Part shown: positions 27,829 to 37,968 of the stretch, piece by piece
How positions within the stretch are numbered: position 1 is the stretch's first letter
Layout: every line of letters starts with the position of its first letter
NCBI GenBank assembly: GCA_965263035.1
Contig: OZ253580.1
Coordinates: forward strand, 5,696,001-5,760,000
DNA: 64,000 nucleotides
From: Acidobacteriota bacterium
Lineage (GTDB): Bacteria; Acidobacteriota; UBA6911; RPQK01; JAJDTT01
Direction: 5' to 3'
The notes under the pieces: generated by a model
Database searches by the model: none
The model's input: only the letters and a program-made list of their open reading frames with translations
What the model was told of the DNA's origin: nothing
Translations under genes and position numbers: made by a program

Positions 27829-30800
27829 ATGGCAAAGGACGCAAAGGCCGGTCTCAAGTTCCTGCTGATCGCCCAGTTCTTCGGGGCCTTCAACGACAAC
27901 GCCTGGAAACTGATCGTCACCTTCCTGGCGATCAAGGCGTCGACGGCGCACCTGACGCCGGGAGGTCCCGAGTACCAGTCGGCGGCCCAACTCCAGACCG
28001 CCGTCGCCTTCTGCGTTCTGACCATTCCCCTCATGGTCTGCTCGCTCCCGGCTGGCCTCCTGGCCGACCGGGTCAGCAAGCGGACCGTCATCGTTGCCAT
28101 GAAGCTGGCGGAAGTCCTGCTCATGGGCTGCGCGGCACTCGCCCTCTACGCAGCCCCCGGCACGACACTGGCTCCGCTGGTGATTCTCGGGTTCATGGGC
28201 CTGCAGAGCGCTCTCTTCAGCCCTGCCAAGTACGGGATCCTCCCAGAGATGCTGCCCCACGAGCGGCTCACCGCCGGGAACGCCCACCTGGAAACCTGGA
28301 CCTTTCTGGCCATCATCCTGGGAACGGCCTCCGGCGGCCTGCTGCTGGATCTATCGGGTGAAACAGCCTGGCTCGCGGCAGCGGTCCTGGTTCCGGCGGC
28401 GGTGGTGGGGCTCCTCATCTCCTTACGGCTTCCGAGGGTACCGGCGGCCCGTTCGGAAGGAGATCTGGGAGAGACCCTCCGCGCCGCTTGGCGGGCCATT
28501 CGGGGAGAGCGCGTTCTGGGGCTCGCCGTGGCCGGGTCGGTCGTCTACTGGACCATCGCGAGTCTTCTGGGACAGGACATCCTGGTCTACGTCAAATCTG
28601 TCTTGGGCCTCTCCGACACTCATGCGGGAATCCCTCTCGCTCTGTTCGGGCTCGGAGTGGGCGGGGGCAGCTTGATCACCGCTCGGCTCTCCCGGGGCAA
28701 GGTCGAATACGGCGTGATCCCGCTGGGCGCCATCCTGATGGCGGGGAGCTGCCTGCTGTTGGCTCTGGTCGTGCCCGGATTCTACGGACTGCTGGTCTTT
28801 TCAGCCGCCCTGGGCGTGGCCAGCGGCATGATCATCGTGCCGCTGAACTCCCTGCTCCAATGGCGGGCTCCGGACCAGCATCGGGGAGCCGTCATCGCGC
28901 TGGCCAACGTCTGGATTTTTGGAGGCATAACGGCGGGATCGCTGGGAGCGGCAGGCCTTGCCGCTCTGGGGCTCTCCCCGGTCTCCATCCTGGTGGTGGC
29001 GGCACTGGCACTCTCGGCGGGAATGTTCTGGGCGGTCTCCCTGCTTCCCGACGTCCTGCTGCGTCTGCTGCTGGTCCTGGCCACGCATTCGCTGTATCGG
29101 CTCCGGGTCGTGGGCCAGGAACACATCCCGGCGAAGGGAGGAGCACTCCTGGTCCCCAACCACGTCTCCTTCATCGATTTCGTCCTGCTTCTCGCCGTAA
29201 TCGACCGGCCGATCCGATTTATCGTTCACCGGGAATACTATGACCGATTCTATTTCAAGCCCTTTATGAAGTCATTGGGGTGTATTCCCATCTCCTCCTC
29301 CGAGGGTCCGCGAGAGATTCTGAGAGCGCTGAGGGACGCCGGAAAACGCCTGGACCAGGGTGAACTGGTCTGTATCTTTCCCGAGGGTCAGATCACCCGA
29401 ACCGGAACCCTGCTGCCCTTCAACCGGGGCCTGGAGCGGATCGTGAGGAACCGGCAGGCGCCCATCATCCCCGTCTACCTGGACCGGCTCTGGGGGAGCA
29501 TCTTCAGTTACGAGCGAAACCGGTTCGTTTTCAAGATCCCGCGGGAGACCCCCTATCAGGTCACGCTGGCCTTCGGTGCGCCTTTGCCGCCGGGAACCGA
29601 CGTGAGAACGATTCGCCAAGCCGTCCAGGAGCTGTCCTGTGCCGCGTGGACCCGTCGTCAGGAGGGCGTTCGTCCTTTGCACCGGGCCTTCGTCCACAAG
29701 GCCAGGATCCGCCCTCTGGCGCTCGCCTATGCCGACGAGAGCCGGCCCCGTCTGGTCCGCATCAAAGCCCTGGCCGGAGCCGTGGCCCTGGCCCGGGCGC
29801 TCAAATCGGAATGGGCCGGGCAGGAACGGGTGGGGATCCTGCTGCCGCCCACCGTCGCCGCGGCCCTGGTGAATCTGGCCGCGGCCCTGGCCTGCCGGGT
29901 GACCGTCAACCTGAACTACACCGCGGGCGTCCACGGGATGGAGTCGGCCGCGGAACAAGCGGGTCTCAAGACCGTCGTCACGAGCCGCACCTTTCTACAG
30001 AAGGCGGATCTGACTCCTCCCGGAAATGTCCGGCTCGTCTATCTGGAGGACTCGGCCGGAGGACTCGGCCGGAGGACTCGGCCCCGGTCTTCGCGTTACC
30101 AGCCTGCTGGCCGCCCTGCTTCTCCCCTGCCGCTGGCTGGAGAAGCTGTGCGGAGCCACCCGAGTCCCCGGCCCCCAGGACCTCATGACCATCATCTTCA
30201 GCAGCGGCAGCACGGGAGATCCCAAGGGAGTGATGCTGACCCAGTTCAACCTGGATTCTAACATTACCGCCATCGAACAGGTGTTCCGGACGCAACCGAC
30301 GGACCGCGTCCTGGGCATCCTGCCCTTCTTCCATTCCTTCGGCTACATGGTCTTCTGGTTCGCGGCCAAGAAGGGCCTGGCTCTGCCCCTGCATCCCAAT
30401 CCGCTGGACGGTCCGGCCGTGGGCCGGCTGGTGGAGCGGTACCGGGTGAGCATCATGCTGGCCACTCCGACCTTCCTTCGGCTCTACATGCGTTTGTGCT
30501 CTCCAGGCCAGCTCGGATCGGTGCGGCTGTTGTTGGCCGGGGCGGAGAAGCTGCCGGAAAAGCTGGCCGTGGCCTTCCAGGAGCAATTCGGCTTGCGGCC
30601 GCTGGAGGGTTACGGCACCACCGAATGCGCGCCGGTGATCTCCGTGGGCGTCCCCGACTACCGGGCTCCCGGATTCTTCCAGCCCGGCTCGCGGCCGGGT
30701 CACGTGGGCCAGCCGCTGCCGGGAGTGGCGGTGCGGGTGGTGGACCCGGACAGCTTCGAACCCTTGCCGGCAGGGACCCCCGGCATGCTGCTGGTCAAGG

Positions 30801-31285
30801 GGCCCAACGTGATGCGGGGCTATCTGGGCCGCGACGATCTGACCCGGAAGGCGCTCCGGAACGGCTGGTACGTCACCGGCGACATCGGCCTGGTGAGCGA
30901 GGACGGCTTCGTGAAGATCACCGATCGGCTCTCCCGCTTCTCCAAGATCGGTGGCGAGATGGTTCCCCACGGCCGAGTGGAGGAGCTATTGCATCAGGCG
31001 GCCGAATCGGAGGACCAGGTCTTTGCCGTCACCGGAATCCCGGACGAGAAGAAGGGGGAGGCGCTGGCCGTGGTGCACACTCTGGACGATTCCCGGATCG
31101 GACCCGTGCGGGCACGTCTCGCCGACTTGGGGCTCCCCAATCTCCAGATCCCGCGCCGGGACCGCTTCGTCAGGACCGAACAGCTCCCCCTTCTGGGGTC
31201 CGGAAAACTGGATTTGAGAGCCGTGAGACGCCTCGCCCGCCGAGTGCTGGAGCAGAGTTCCAGGAGCCTGCGCCGCAGAAATTGA
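27829..31285 (+). pseudogene. aas: Aas-like MFS + acyltransferase + acyl-ACP synthetase fusion, frameshifted at a 13-bp tandem repeat
   Basis: FFGAFNDN, FSPAKYG, NHVSFID, FPEG, then in the next frame FSSGSTGDPKG, EGYGTTE, YVTGD, SRFSKIGGEMV. Confidence 0.88.
30045..30083 (+). repeat. Tandem repeat (GGAGGACTCGGCC)x3
   Basis: Three exact 13-bp units at 30045, 30058 and 30071. Confidence 0.95.
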
Positions 31286-31422
31286 TCTACTGCGAAAGCG
31301 GTAGAATCGGTCCATATTTCCTCGATTTCTCGGCGAATAGAACAACTATGCACCTCCAAATCGAGAAAATCTGGCCTCGATTCCCCACTTTCTCGCTACG
31401 ATCATTTCTACCGCGCAGACTC
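31264..31422 (-). mobile_element. MITE family A, copy 3 (159 bp, inverted)
   Basis: Reverse complement of copies 1 and 2; flanks CCAG and CTAG. Confidence 0.9.
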
Positions 31423-32736
31423 CTAGCCGATGAAGACGTACTTGGCGATGAAGACGACCGCCAGGACGTCGACCAGAAGATGGACTTCGTGGCCCTTCCC
31501 ACTCAGCCGCTTGATGATGGGATAGGAGATGAAACCCAGCGCCAACCCGTCTGCGATGCTGAAGGTCAGCGGGATGGCGATCAGCGTGAGGAAGGCCGGC
31601 ACGGCCTCCGAGACGTCGCTCCAGCGGATCCGCGCGGCGGCGCCCATCATCAGCACGCCCGTCACCACCAGCGCCGGGGCGGCGGCGAACGTGGGCACGG
31701 ACTGAACCAACGGGGTCAGGAACAACGCGGCGGCGAACAATCCACTGACCACCACACTGGAGAAACCGGTCCGGGCTCCTGAGGAGATGCCGGCGGCGCT
31801 CTCGATATAGGTGGTCACGGTCGAAGTGCCGATGATGCTGCCGCAGACGGTCCCCACCGAATCGGAAAGCAGCGCGCGGTTGGCCCGGGGCAGGCGTCCC
31901 CGCTCGTCCAGAAAACCGGACCTTTCCGACAATCCCAACAGCGTCCCCATGGTGTCGAAGAGATCCACGAAGAGCAGGGCGAGGATCAGTTCGATGAAGG
32001 CCGCGTTCAGCGTCTGGGGGAGGTGACGGACGGCTTCGCCGAAGAGATTAACGGGCCAGACCGGCATGCTCGCCAACCCCGTCGGCCACGGCGTCACCCC
32101 GAAGATCATGGCCAGCAGCGTCACTCCCATCATGCCCAGCAGAATCGCGCCCCGGATTCCGCGCGCCATCATCACGCCGATCCCCAGGAGCCCCACAAGG
32201 GCCAATCCGACGGACCAGGAACGAACGTCGCCCAGGCTGACCAGGGTGGCCGGATCGTCGACGATGAGGCCGGCGTTCTTCAGACCGATGAACGCAATGA
32301 ACAGACCGATTCCCGCCGCAACGGCTCGCTTCAGCGGGTCCGGAACCGCGTTGATGATCGCTTCACGGACCCGCAATACGGTCAATAGCAGAAACAGCAG
32401 CCCGGAAGCCAGGACCACGCCCAGGGCCAGTTTCCAGTCCACGCCCATGCCCAGGACGATGGTGTAGGCGAAGAATGCGTTGAGGCCCATTCCGGGCGCC
32501 AGGGCAAAGGGATAGTTGGCCAGCAGGCCCATCAGGAGCGTGGCGATGGCGGCGGACGCACAAGTGGCGAACAACAGCTCGCCCAACATTTCCTTGCCCA
32601 GGGCGTCGGACAGGATGGCGGGATTCACGACCACGATGTAGGCCATGGTCATGAAGGTGGTCGCACCGCCGGTGACCTCGATCCGCCAGTTCGTGTTGGC
32701 CTGTTCGAACTTGAAGAATTCGGCGATCTTTTTCAT
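31423..32736 (-). CDS. NCS2/AzgA-family purine permease
   Basis: TFMTMAYIVVVNP, LAPGMGLNAFF, DLFDTMGT, TTYIESAAG. Confidence 0.93.
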   Translation of the reverse strand: MKKIAEFFKFEQANTNWRIEVTGGATTFMTMAYIVVVNPAILSDALGKEMLGELLFATCASAAIATLLMGLLANYPFALAPGMGLNAFFAYTIVLGMGVDWKLALGVVLASGLLFLLLTVLRVREAIINAVPDPLKRAVAAGIGLFIAFIGLKNAGLIVDDPATLVSLGDVRSWSVGLALVGLLGIGVMMARGIRGAILLGMMGVTLLAMIFGVTPWPTGLASMPVWPVNLFGEAVRHLPQTLNAAFIELILALLFVDLFDTMGTLLGLSERSGFLDERGRLPRANRALLSDSVGTVCGSIIGTSTVTTYIESAAGISSGARTGFSSVVVSGLFAAALFLTPLVQSVPTFAAAPALVVTGVLMMGAAARIRWSDVSEAVPAFLTLIAIPLTFSIADGLALGFISYPIIKRLSGKGHEVHLLVDVLAVVFIAKYVFIG

Positions 32737-32795
32737 TGAAGTTCTGTCTCATAGATTACTGGGTATATATCTATGAAATAAGAGATAGAAGAAGA

Positions 32796-32818
32796 GGGGG
32801 ACTAAAAGTCCCCCCTCC
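32796..32818 (-). repeat. Single GGAG-foot REP
   Basis: GGGGGACTAAAAGTCCCCCCTCC. Confidence 0.75.
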
Positions 32819-32834
32819 CATCCCCCCCCAATGG

Positions 32835-35663
32835 CTAGTGATAACTGATGGAGACCGACTCCAGAACCGGGGAGTTCGCCGAACCTGGACTGAGGAGGCT
32901 GGCCTTGTACTGGATCCAACGGGTCCCCTCGCCAGGGTCCGGAAGCTGGGAACCGGACTGCTGATAGTAGCTCCCTGGGCCCTCCGGTCCGGTCCAGGCG
33001 GCCGACTCCAGACCCTCCCGGGTGGCGGCCCAACGCACCTGAAATTCCAGGCCGGTCCGGAACGGGGTCTCCCCCTCCCAGGTGATGGTTCCGAAGCGCT
33101 CCACGGAACCGGCGTCGAAGGGCGGAGAAACGTAGTCGTAACGATGGCCCCGATCATAGGCATGACCCGGATCGGAGGCAAGATGGTGGGGTCCCAGGAC
33201 CGGCAGGGAAGTCCGGCGCTCGGTGGAGAACCCCTCCTCACCGCCCCAGTAGAGGAAGGCGTCGTTCCTGTGGTTCCCCTGCTTGGAGTGGCAGGCGAAC
33301 AGGATGTCCACGTGGCCGTCCAGGTCGAAGTCGTTGGCGATGACTCCCGAAGCGGAGTTGCTGGGAATCTCCATCTTACGGGAGGAGTCGAAGCCGGAGG
33401 GGCCGTTCCAATAGATTCGAGAGGGGTGGCTGCGGGTATAGCCGGCATGGTAGCTGCTCAGGACCAGATCCAGGAACCCATTCCCGTTCAGGTCGGCCAC
33501 GGCGGCGGCGGAGTTTCCTACCGAAGGCAGGATGGTCCGGTTCGATTCGGCGTAGCCTTGGGAACCGCCCCAGTAGATGTAGGTGTCCCCCTCCGCGGAG
33601 CCGCCGAAGGATCGGGATTTGCCCGGCGCCGGGTCCCGATCGTAGAGGTTGCTGGCGATCACTTCCAGAAAGCCGTTCCCGTCCAGATCGGCCACCTCGA
33701 CACCGACCGAAACCCGGGAAGGCAAATCCGTCTTGCGTTCGTTGTCGAATCCCAGCGGACTGTTCCAGTAGACCACCACCTTATTGAGGGTCCCGCTGAA
33801 GATCACATCGATCCAACCATCACGATTCAGGTCGCCGATGGTGTGCTCCCGGATGCTGCCGATCCGGAAGATGAAGCGGTTGTCGTTCGAGAATCCCTCC
33901 GGCCCGCCCCAGAAGAGGCTGGTGGCCTCGGTTCCCGGGCGCCATTGGGTGAAGGAGGCGTCCAGGTAACCGTCCCGGTTGAAGTCGGCGAGCCGGGAAG
34001 AAAAGCTGATCTCGGTTTCGAGGACTGTCCGATTGGACGCGGAGTACCCGGAAACCGACCCCCAGTAGATGGCCGGACTCGGACTCTTCCTGTAGATGGA
34101 GGGGAACAGGAGATCCACATGGCCGTCGCGGTTGATGTCCGCGCTGGAGCAGTATCCGTTGCCTGTGGGCAACAATTGTCGGCGAGCCGGCTCGAACCGT
34201 CCCTTGGGGCCGCCCCAGTAGATGTAGGCCGGGATGCCGTGAGTGGTGTCGGCGGCATGGACGAAGACGAGGTCCTTGCTGCCGTCTCCGTCCAGGTCTC
34301 CCGCCTGGACCCCAGTGGCCTCGAATGTGGGCAACTCGGTCCGCCACTCGGCCGAGTAACCCTCCGGTCCGCCCCAATAGACGTATGCCCGGGGATTCCT
34401 GTGTGTCGGCGAACCTTGCTGCGAGAAGACCACCTCGGGGTAGCCGTCCTCGTTCAGATCCTCCACCAGGCAGCGGGTGGGCCCCAGCGTGGGAATCGAT
34501 GTCCGCCGATGGGAGCGATAGCCATCTGGGGCTCCCCAGTAGATGAAGGATGCCAGTCCGGACTTGTTGGCGAAGACCAGGTCAGGGTGTCCGTCCCGGT
34601 TCAAATCTCCCGCCGCCACGTCCGAGGCCCCGACAGTGGGCAGCAAGGTCCTGGAATCGACTGAATATCCCTTGGACGACCCCCAATAGATAAATGACGG
34701 AACGCTCACCGTGTCCACGATGTTGTACATGCCCATCTCGCGGGTCTTGAGCCGGTAGGCATTGGCCAGGACGACCTCCGGGAAACCGTCCCCGTTCAGA
34801 TCCGCGACCTCGACCGCCGAGGACCGGTCACCGGGCAGATGGACCGCAGCGCGGCGGGTGTAGTCTCCGTCCGCCGTGCCCCAGTAGAGGAGGGCGCCCC
34901 CCTCTGCGTCCGTGTTCCCCTCGTTGGCGAAGACCAGGTCCAGGTGCCCGTCCCGGTCCAGATCGGCGACCTTCACGTCCCGGCCGTTCACTGTCCTGAG
35001 CACTTGCCGCCGTTCGGCGGAGTAGCCATCCGGCGACCCCCAATAGACGAAGGATTCATTGTGCGGATCCACCGTCACGTGGTAGTCCAATCCGCTGTTG
35101 GCGAAGACGATATCCGGGTGTCCGTCCCGGTTCAGATCCTCGACCGCCACCGTCCGGGCGCCCCGGGTGGGAAGGCCGCTGCGGCCGGAGACCTGAGGCC
35201 CCCCCTTGGCACCCTGGTAGATGAAAGATTCCAGGTCGGTGCGGGTTCCGTTGAAGTTGTTGGCCACGATCAACTCGGCGTTGCCGTCTCCGTCCAGATC
35301 GGCGATGGCGCCGTCATGTCCCCCGTTGGTGGGCAACCGGCTCTGGCGACGGGGCGAGTATCCCTCGCCTCCCCCCCAATAGATGAACAGGTCCGCCCGC
35401 TCGTGGGGATCGTGGTCATTGGGGAAAATGATGTCGACACGTCCGTCCTGATTCAGATCCAACAGCTTGATGAGGACTACCTGGCCTTGAGCGGTGACGT
35501 AGGTGTTGACGCCTCCGTCGCTGAAGCTCCCGTCGGCGAAGTCGAGGAAGGAGGATGACGTCCAGACTTTTTCCCCGGCCGCGAGAGGCGCAGCGCCCCA
35601 GATCAAGGCCAGCACGGCCAACACCCGAACCGTTGTCGGTTGAATCGATTTCCCAAGGATCAT
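32835..35663 (-). CDS. Secreted FG-GAP/VCBS repeat protein
   Basis: Signal peptide; many DLNxDGxxDLVFAN..IYWG repeats. Confidence 0.88.
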   Translation of the reverse strand: MILGKSIQPTTVRVLAVLALIWGAAPLAAGEKVWTSSSFLDFADGSFSDGGVNTYVTAQGQVVLIKLLDLNQDGRVDIIFPNDHDPHERADLFIYWGGGEGYSPRRQSRLPTNGGHDGAIADLDGDGNAELIVANNFNGTRTDLESFIYQGAKGGPQVSGRSGLPTRGARTVAVEDLNRDGHPDIVFANSGLDYHVTVDPHNESFVYWGSPDGYSAERRQVLRTVNGRDVKVADLDRDGHLDLVFANEGNTDAEGGALLYWGTADGDYTRRAAVHLPGDRSSAVEVADLNGDGFPEVVLANAYRLKTREMGMYNIVDTVSVPSFIYWGSSKGYSVDSRTLLPTVGASDVAAGDLNRDGHPDLVFANKSGLASFIYWGAPDGYRSHRRTSIPTLGPTRCLVEDLNEDGYPEVVFSQQGSPTHRNPRAYVYWGGPEGYSAEWRTELPTFEATGVQAGDLDGDGSKDLVFVHAADTTHGIPAYIYWGGPKGRFEPARRQLLPTGNGYCSSADINRDGHVDLLFPSIYRKSPSPAIYWGSVSGYSASNRTVLETEISFSSRLADFNRDGYLDASFTQWRPGTEATSLFWGGPEGFSNDNRFIFRIGSIREHTIGDLNRDGWIDVIFSGTLNKVVVYWNSPLGFDNERKTDLPSRVSVGVEVADLDGNGFLEVIASNLYDRDPAPGKSRSFGGSAEGDTYIYWGGSQGYAESNRTILPSVGNSAAAVADLNGNGFLDLVLSSYHAGYTRSHPSRIYWNGPSGFDSSRKMEIPSNSASGVIANDFDLDGHVDILFACHSKQGNHRNDAFLYWGGEEGFSTERRTSLPVLGPHHLASDPGHAYDRGHRYDYVSPPFDAGSVERFGTITWEGETPFRTGLEFQVRWAATREGLESAAWTGPEGPGSYYQQSGSQLPDPGEGTRWIQYKASLLSPGSANSPVLESVSISYH

Positions 35664-35709
35664 GGTGGTTATTCCTTTCTGTTCGGAACCGGAATCTTGT
35701 GGGGCCTAG

Positions 35710-35869
35710 GAGTCTGCGCGGTAGAAATGATCGTAGCGAGAAAGTGGGGAATCGAGGCCAGATTTTCTCGATGTTGGAGGTGCATAGTTGTTCTATTCGC
35801 CGAGAAATCGGGGAAATATGGACCGATTCTACCGCTTTCGCAGTAGATCAATTTCTGCGGCGCAGGCTC
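35710..35869 (+). mobile_element. MITE family A, copy 4 (160 bp)
   Basis: Same TIRs and body; flanks CTAG and TTAG. Confidence 0.9.
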
Positions 35870-35945
35870 TTAGTCTACACCGGAGAGGAAAGAGAAAAGC
35901 TCCCCCACCGGCCCGGTCCGGCGGACGCCCGGTAGAAAAAGGGTA

Positions 35946-36015
35946 GGAGCGCCGGTTTCCAACCGCCGAACTCCGGTGGAGTATGGAGGAATGGGCGACT
36001 GGAAGTCGCCCCTCC
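35946..36015. repeat. REP doublet (REPIN-like)
   Basis: GGAGCGCCGGTTTCCAACCGCC ... GGGCGACTGGAAGTCGCCCCTCC. Confidence 0.78.
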
Positions 36016-36072
36016 TTGTTTCTTAGAAGAGGAAATGAGGAAAGAGTGAAGAGGAGATGATCTGGTGCGTGG

Positions 36073-36399
36073 TCACTTGGGGGGAAGGGATTCGGCATAG
36101 CTTGCAGCCCTGTCGACCCACGTCTCCAGATCGTTGGCGGAGTCGATTCCGGCCGGCTCCAACAGGGCCCACCCCTTCATTACCCGGCCGGTGATGTCCG
36201 CCGGCTTCGTGTGCGGCTCCGCCAGGGTTTTATCGTGATCCTTCTTGTCCAGCCGAACGATGAGCGAGCCCTTCCAGGTTCCGACGCACATATTGCCGTG
36301 GATCATGAAACAGACGCCGCCGAACATTCGTCTTTGGGAGACGTCCTCACGTTCCGAGAGAACCTTACGGACGCGATCCGCCAGCATGCCGTTGTCCAT
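36073..36399 (-). CDS. TfoX/Sxy N-terminal domain protein
   Basis: RRMFGGVCFMIHGNMCVG, TGRVMKGW, SLPPK. Confidence 0.88.
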   Translation of the reverse strand: MDNGMLADRVRKVLSEREDVSQRRMFGGVCFMIHGNMCVGTWKGSLIVRLDKKDHDKTLAEPHTKPADITGRVMKGWALLEPAGIDSANDLETWVDRAASYAESLPPK

Positions 36400-36443
36400 T
36401 TCCGCACCTGCCCGTTCTTTTTACCCGATTCGATGGGCGATTA

Positions 36444-36537
36444 GGAGGGGGGACTTTTAGTCCCCCATTCTTCATTCGCCCGTTCGCTTCTTGTCTAACC
36501 GTTGTTCTGGAGTTCGGCGATTGGAAATCGCCGCTCC
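36444..36537. repeat. REP doublet (REPIN-like)
   Basis: GGAGGGGGGACTTTTAGTCCCCC ... GGCGATTGGAAATCGCCGCTCC. Confidence 0.8.
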
Positions 36538-37146
36538 TTGCGAATCGGGAATCGGAAGCCCGCCCCAAACGCGCAAGACCTGGCCCGACATCGTTCCCTC
36601 GATCGCCTGGACATACACTTCAGCGCACTCCGCCGCTGTCACCTGTCCCCGTGCTTCTCTCCCAGCCGGAACCACGGGGCCCGGACTGACAACGTTGATT
36701 CGAATGCCGCGAGGCCACAGCCGGGCCGTTTGTTCTACAAGGGTTTCGAGTGCCGCATTGAACGGTCCCGTGGCGAAACCGAGCTGGTTCGAATAGTGGC
36801 TCAGGAATCCGCTGGTCAACGTAAACGAGCCGCCGTCTCGAATCGTCGATTGCCCCAACGACACCAGCCGAATCTGGGATAGGAACTTCCTCTCGAATCC
36901 GTAGCGATAGTCGTCATCGACCAATTCTTCGAACAGGCGAAACCGACTGTCGCCGCCCACGGCCGAAACGAGGGCATCGTAGGTCCCGACGGTTGAGAAC
37001 ATGCTTCCTACCGACTCTACGTCGGTGTAGTCACACTGCACGTCACAATCTGCCAAACCGACTCGAATCACTTCATGATTGGCGGATACGGCCCTGTCGA
37101 CCCCACGACCGATCTTGCCGGATGCTCCGACGATGATCACTTTCAT
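36472..37146 (-). CDS. Short-chain dehydrogenase; 3' end runs into the REP doublet
   Basis: IVGASGKIG, GGSFTLTSG, RGIRINVVSPG. Confidence 0.82.
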   Translation of the reverse strand: MKVIIVGASGKIGRGVDRAVSANHEVIRVGLADCDVQCDYTDVESVGSMFSTVGTYDALVSAVGGDSRFRLFEELVDDDYRYGFERKFLSQIRLVSLGQSTIRDGGSFTLTSGFLSHYSNQLGFATGPFNAALETLVEQTARLWPRGIRINVVSPGPVVPAGREARGQVTAAECAEVYVQAIEGTMSGQVLRVWGGLPIPDSQGAAISNRRTPEQRLDKKRTGE

Positions 37147-37263
37147 CTTTATTTCCTTCTTGAGTTGGCAGGGTCTTGAGCGGAAAAAGCCGGGTTGCGC
37201 ATGACTGGAAGTCCGGGCCGCAGAAGATTGTTGGAACGGTTCAGATGGCTACAGTTCTCCTGA

Positions 37264-37968
37264 TCAGACGGATCGGGTGATTCCTCCATCGACCCGAAGG
37301 TTTTGTCCCGTGATGTAGCCACCGCCGTCGGAGGCCAGAAAGGCGATGACGTCGGCAATCTCTTCCGTCGTGCCGTAGCGCTGCATCGGGATGCGGTCGC
37401 GAAACTCCCGCTTTTCGGGAAAACTGTTGATGAACCCGGGTAGAACGTTGTTCATACGAATGTTGTCTGCGGCGTACTTGTCCGAGAACAGTTTTGCGAA
37501 GGCCGCCAGTCCCGCCCGGAACACGCCGGAGGTCGGAAAAGCAGGTTCGGGCTCGAACGCGGCGAAGGTGGAAATGTTGATGATGACCCCACACTTCTGC
37601 CGCTGCATGATGGGCGTGACCAGGCGTGCCGGACGAACCGCGCTGAGGAAGTAGACCTCCATGCCTCGGTGCCAGTCGTCATCGGAAAGTTCGAGGATCG
37701 GCGCCCTCGGGCCGTGCCCCGCGCTGTTCACGAGCACGTCGACCCGGCCCCATTTTTCCATGGTGAGATCCACGAGGCGTTTCAGGTCGTCGTTGGACTG
37801 ATTGGACCCCGTTACACCGATGCCGCCGAGCTCAGTTGCCAGGGCTTCGCCTTTGCCGGAGGAAGACAGGATGGAGACGCCAAATCCGTCCGCGGCGAAC
37901 CTCCGCGCCGCGGCAGCTCCCATGCCACTTCCGCCAGCGGTGACGATCACTACTTTTTTCTCTGTCAT
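37264..37968 (-). CDS. SDR family oxidoreductase
   Basis: TAGGSGMG, LVNSAG, NNVLPG, YITGQNLRVDGG. Confidence 0.9.
   Translation of the reverse strand: MTEKKVVIVTAGGSGMGAAAARRFAADGFGVSILSSSGKGEALATELGGIGVTGSNQSNDDLKRLVDLTMEKWGRVDVLVNSAGHGPRAPILELSDDDWHRGMEVYFLSAVRPARLVTPIMQRQKCGVIINISTFAAFEPEPAFPTSGVFRAGLAAFAKLFSDKYAADNIRMNNVLPGFINSFPEKREFRDRIPMQRYGTTEEIADVIAFLASDGGGYITGQNLRVDGGITRSV

Noticed and set aside
32737-32834. Purine riboswitch upstream of the permease
   Set aside because: The region is short, partly a REP, and lacks the three-way junction consensus.
32835-35663. Periodic DNA repeats resembling a CRISPR array
   Set aside because: They are degenerate, in-frame FG-GAP protein repeats; no cas genes or constant repeat-spacer pattern were seen in the window.
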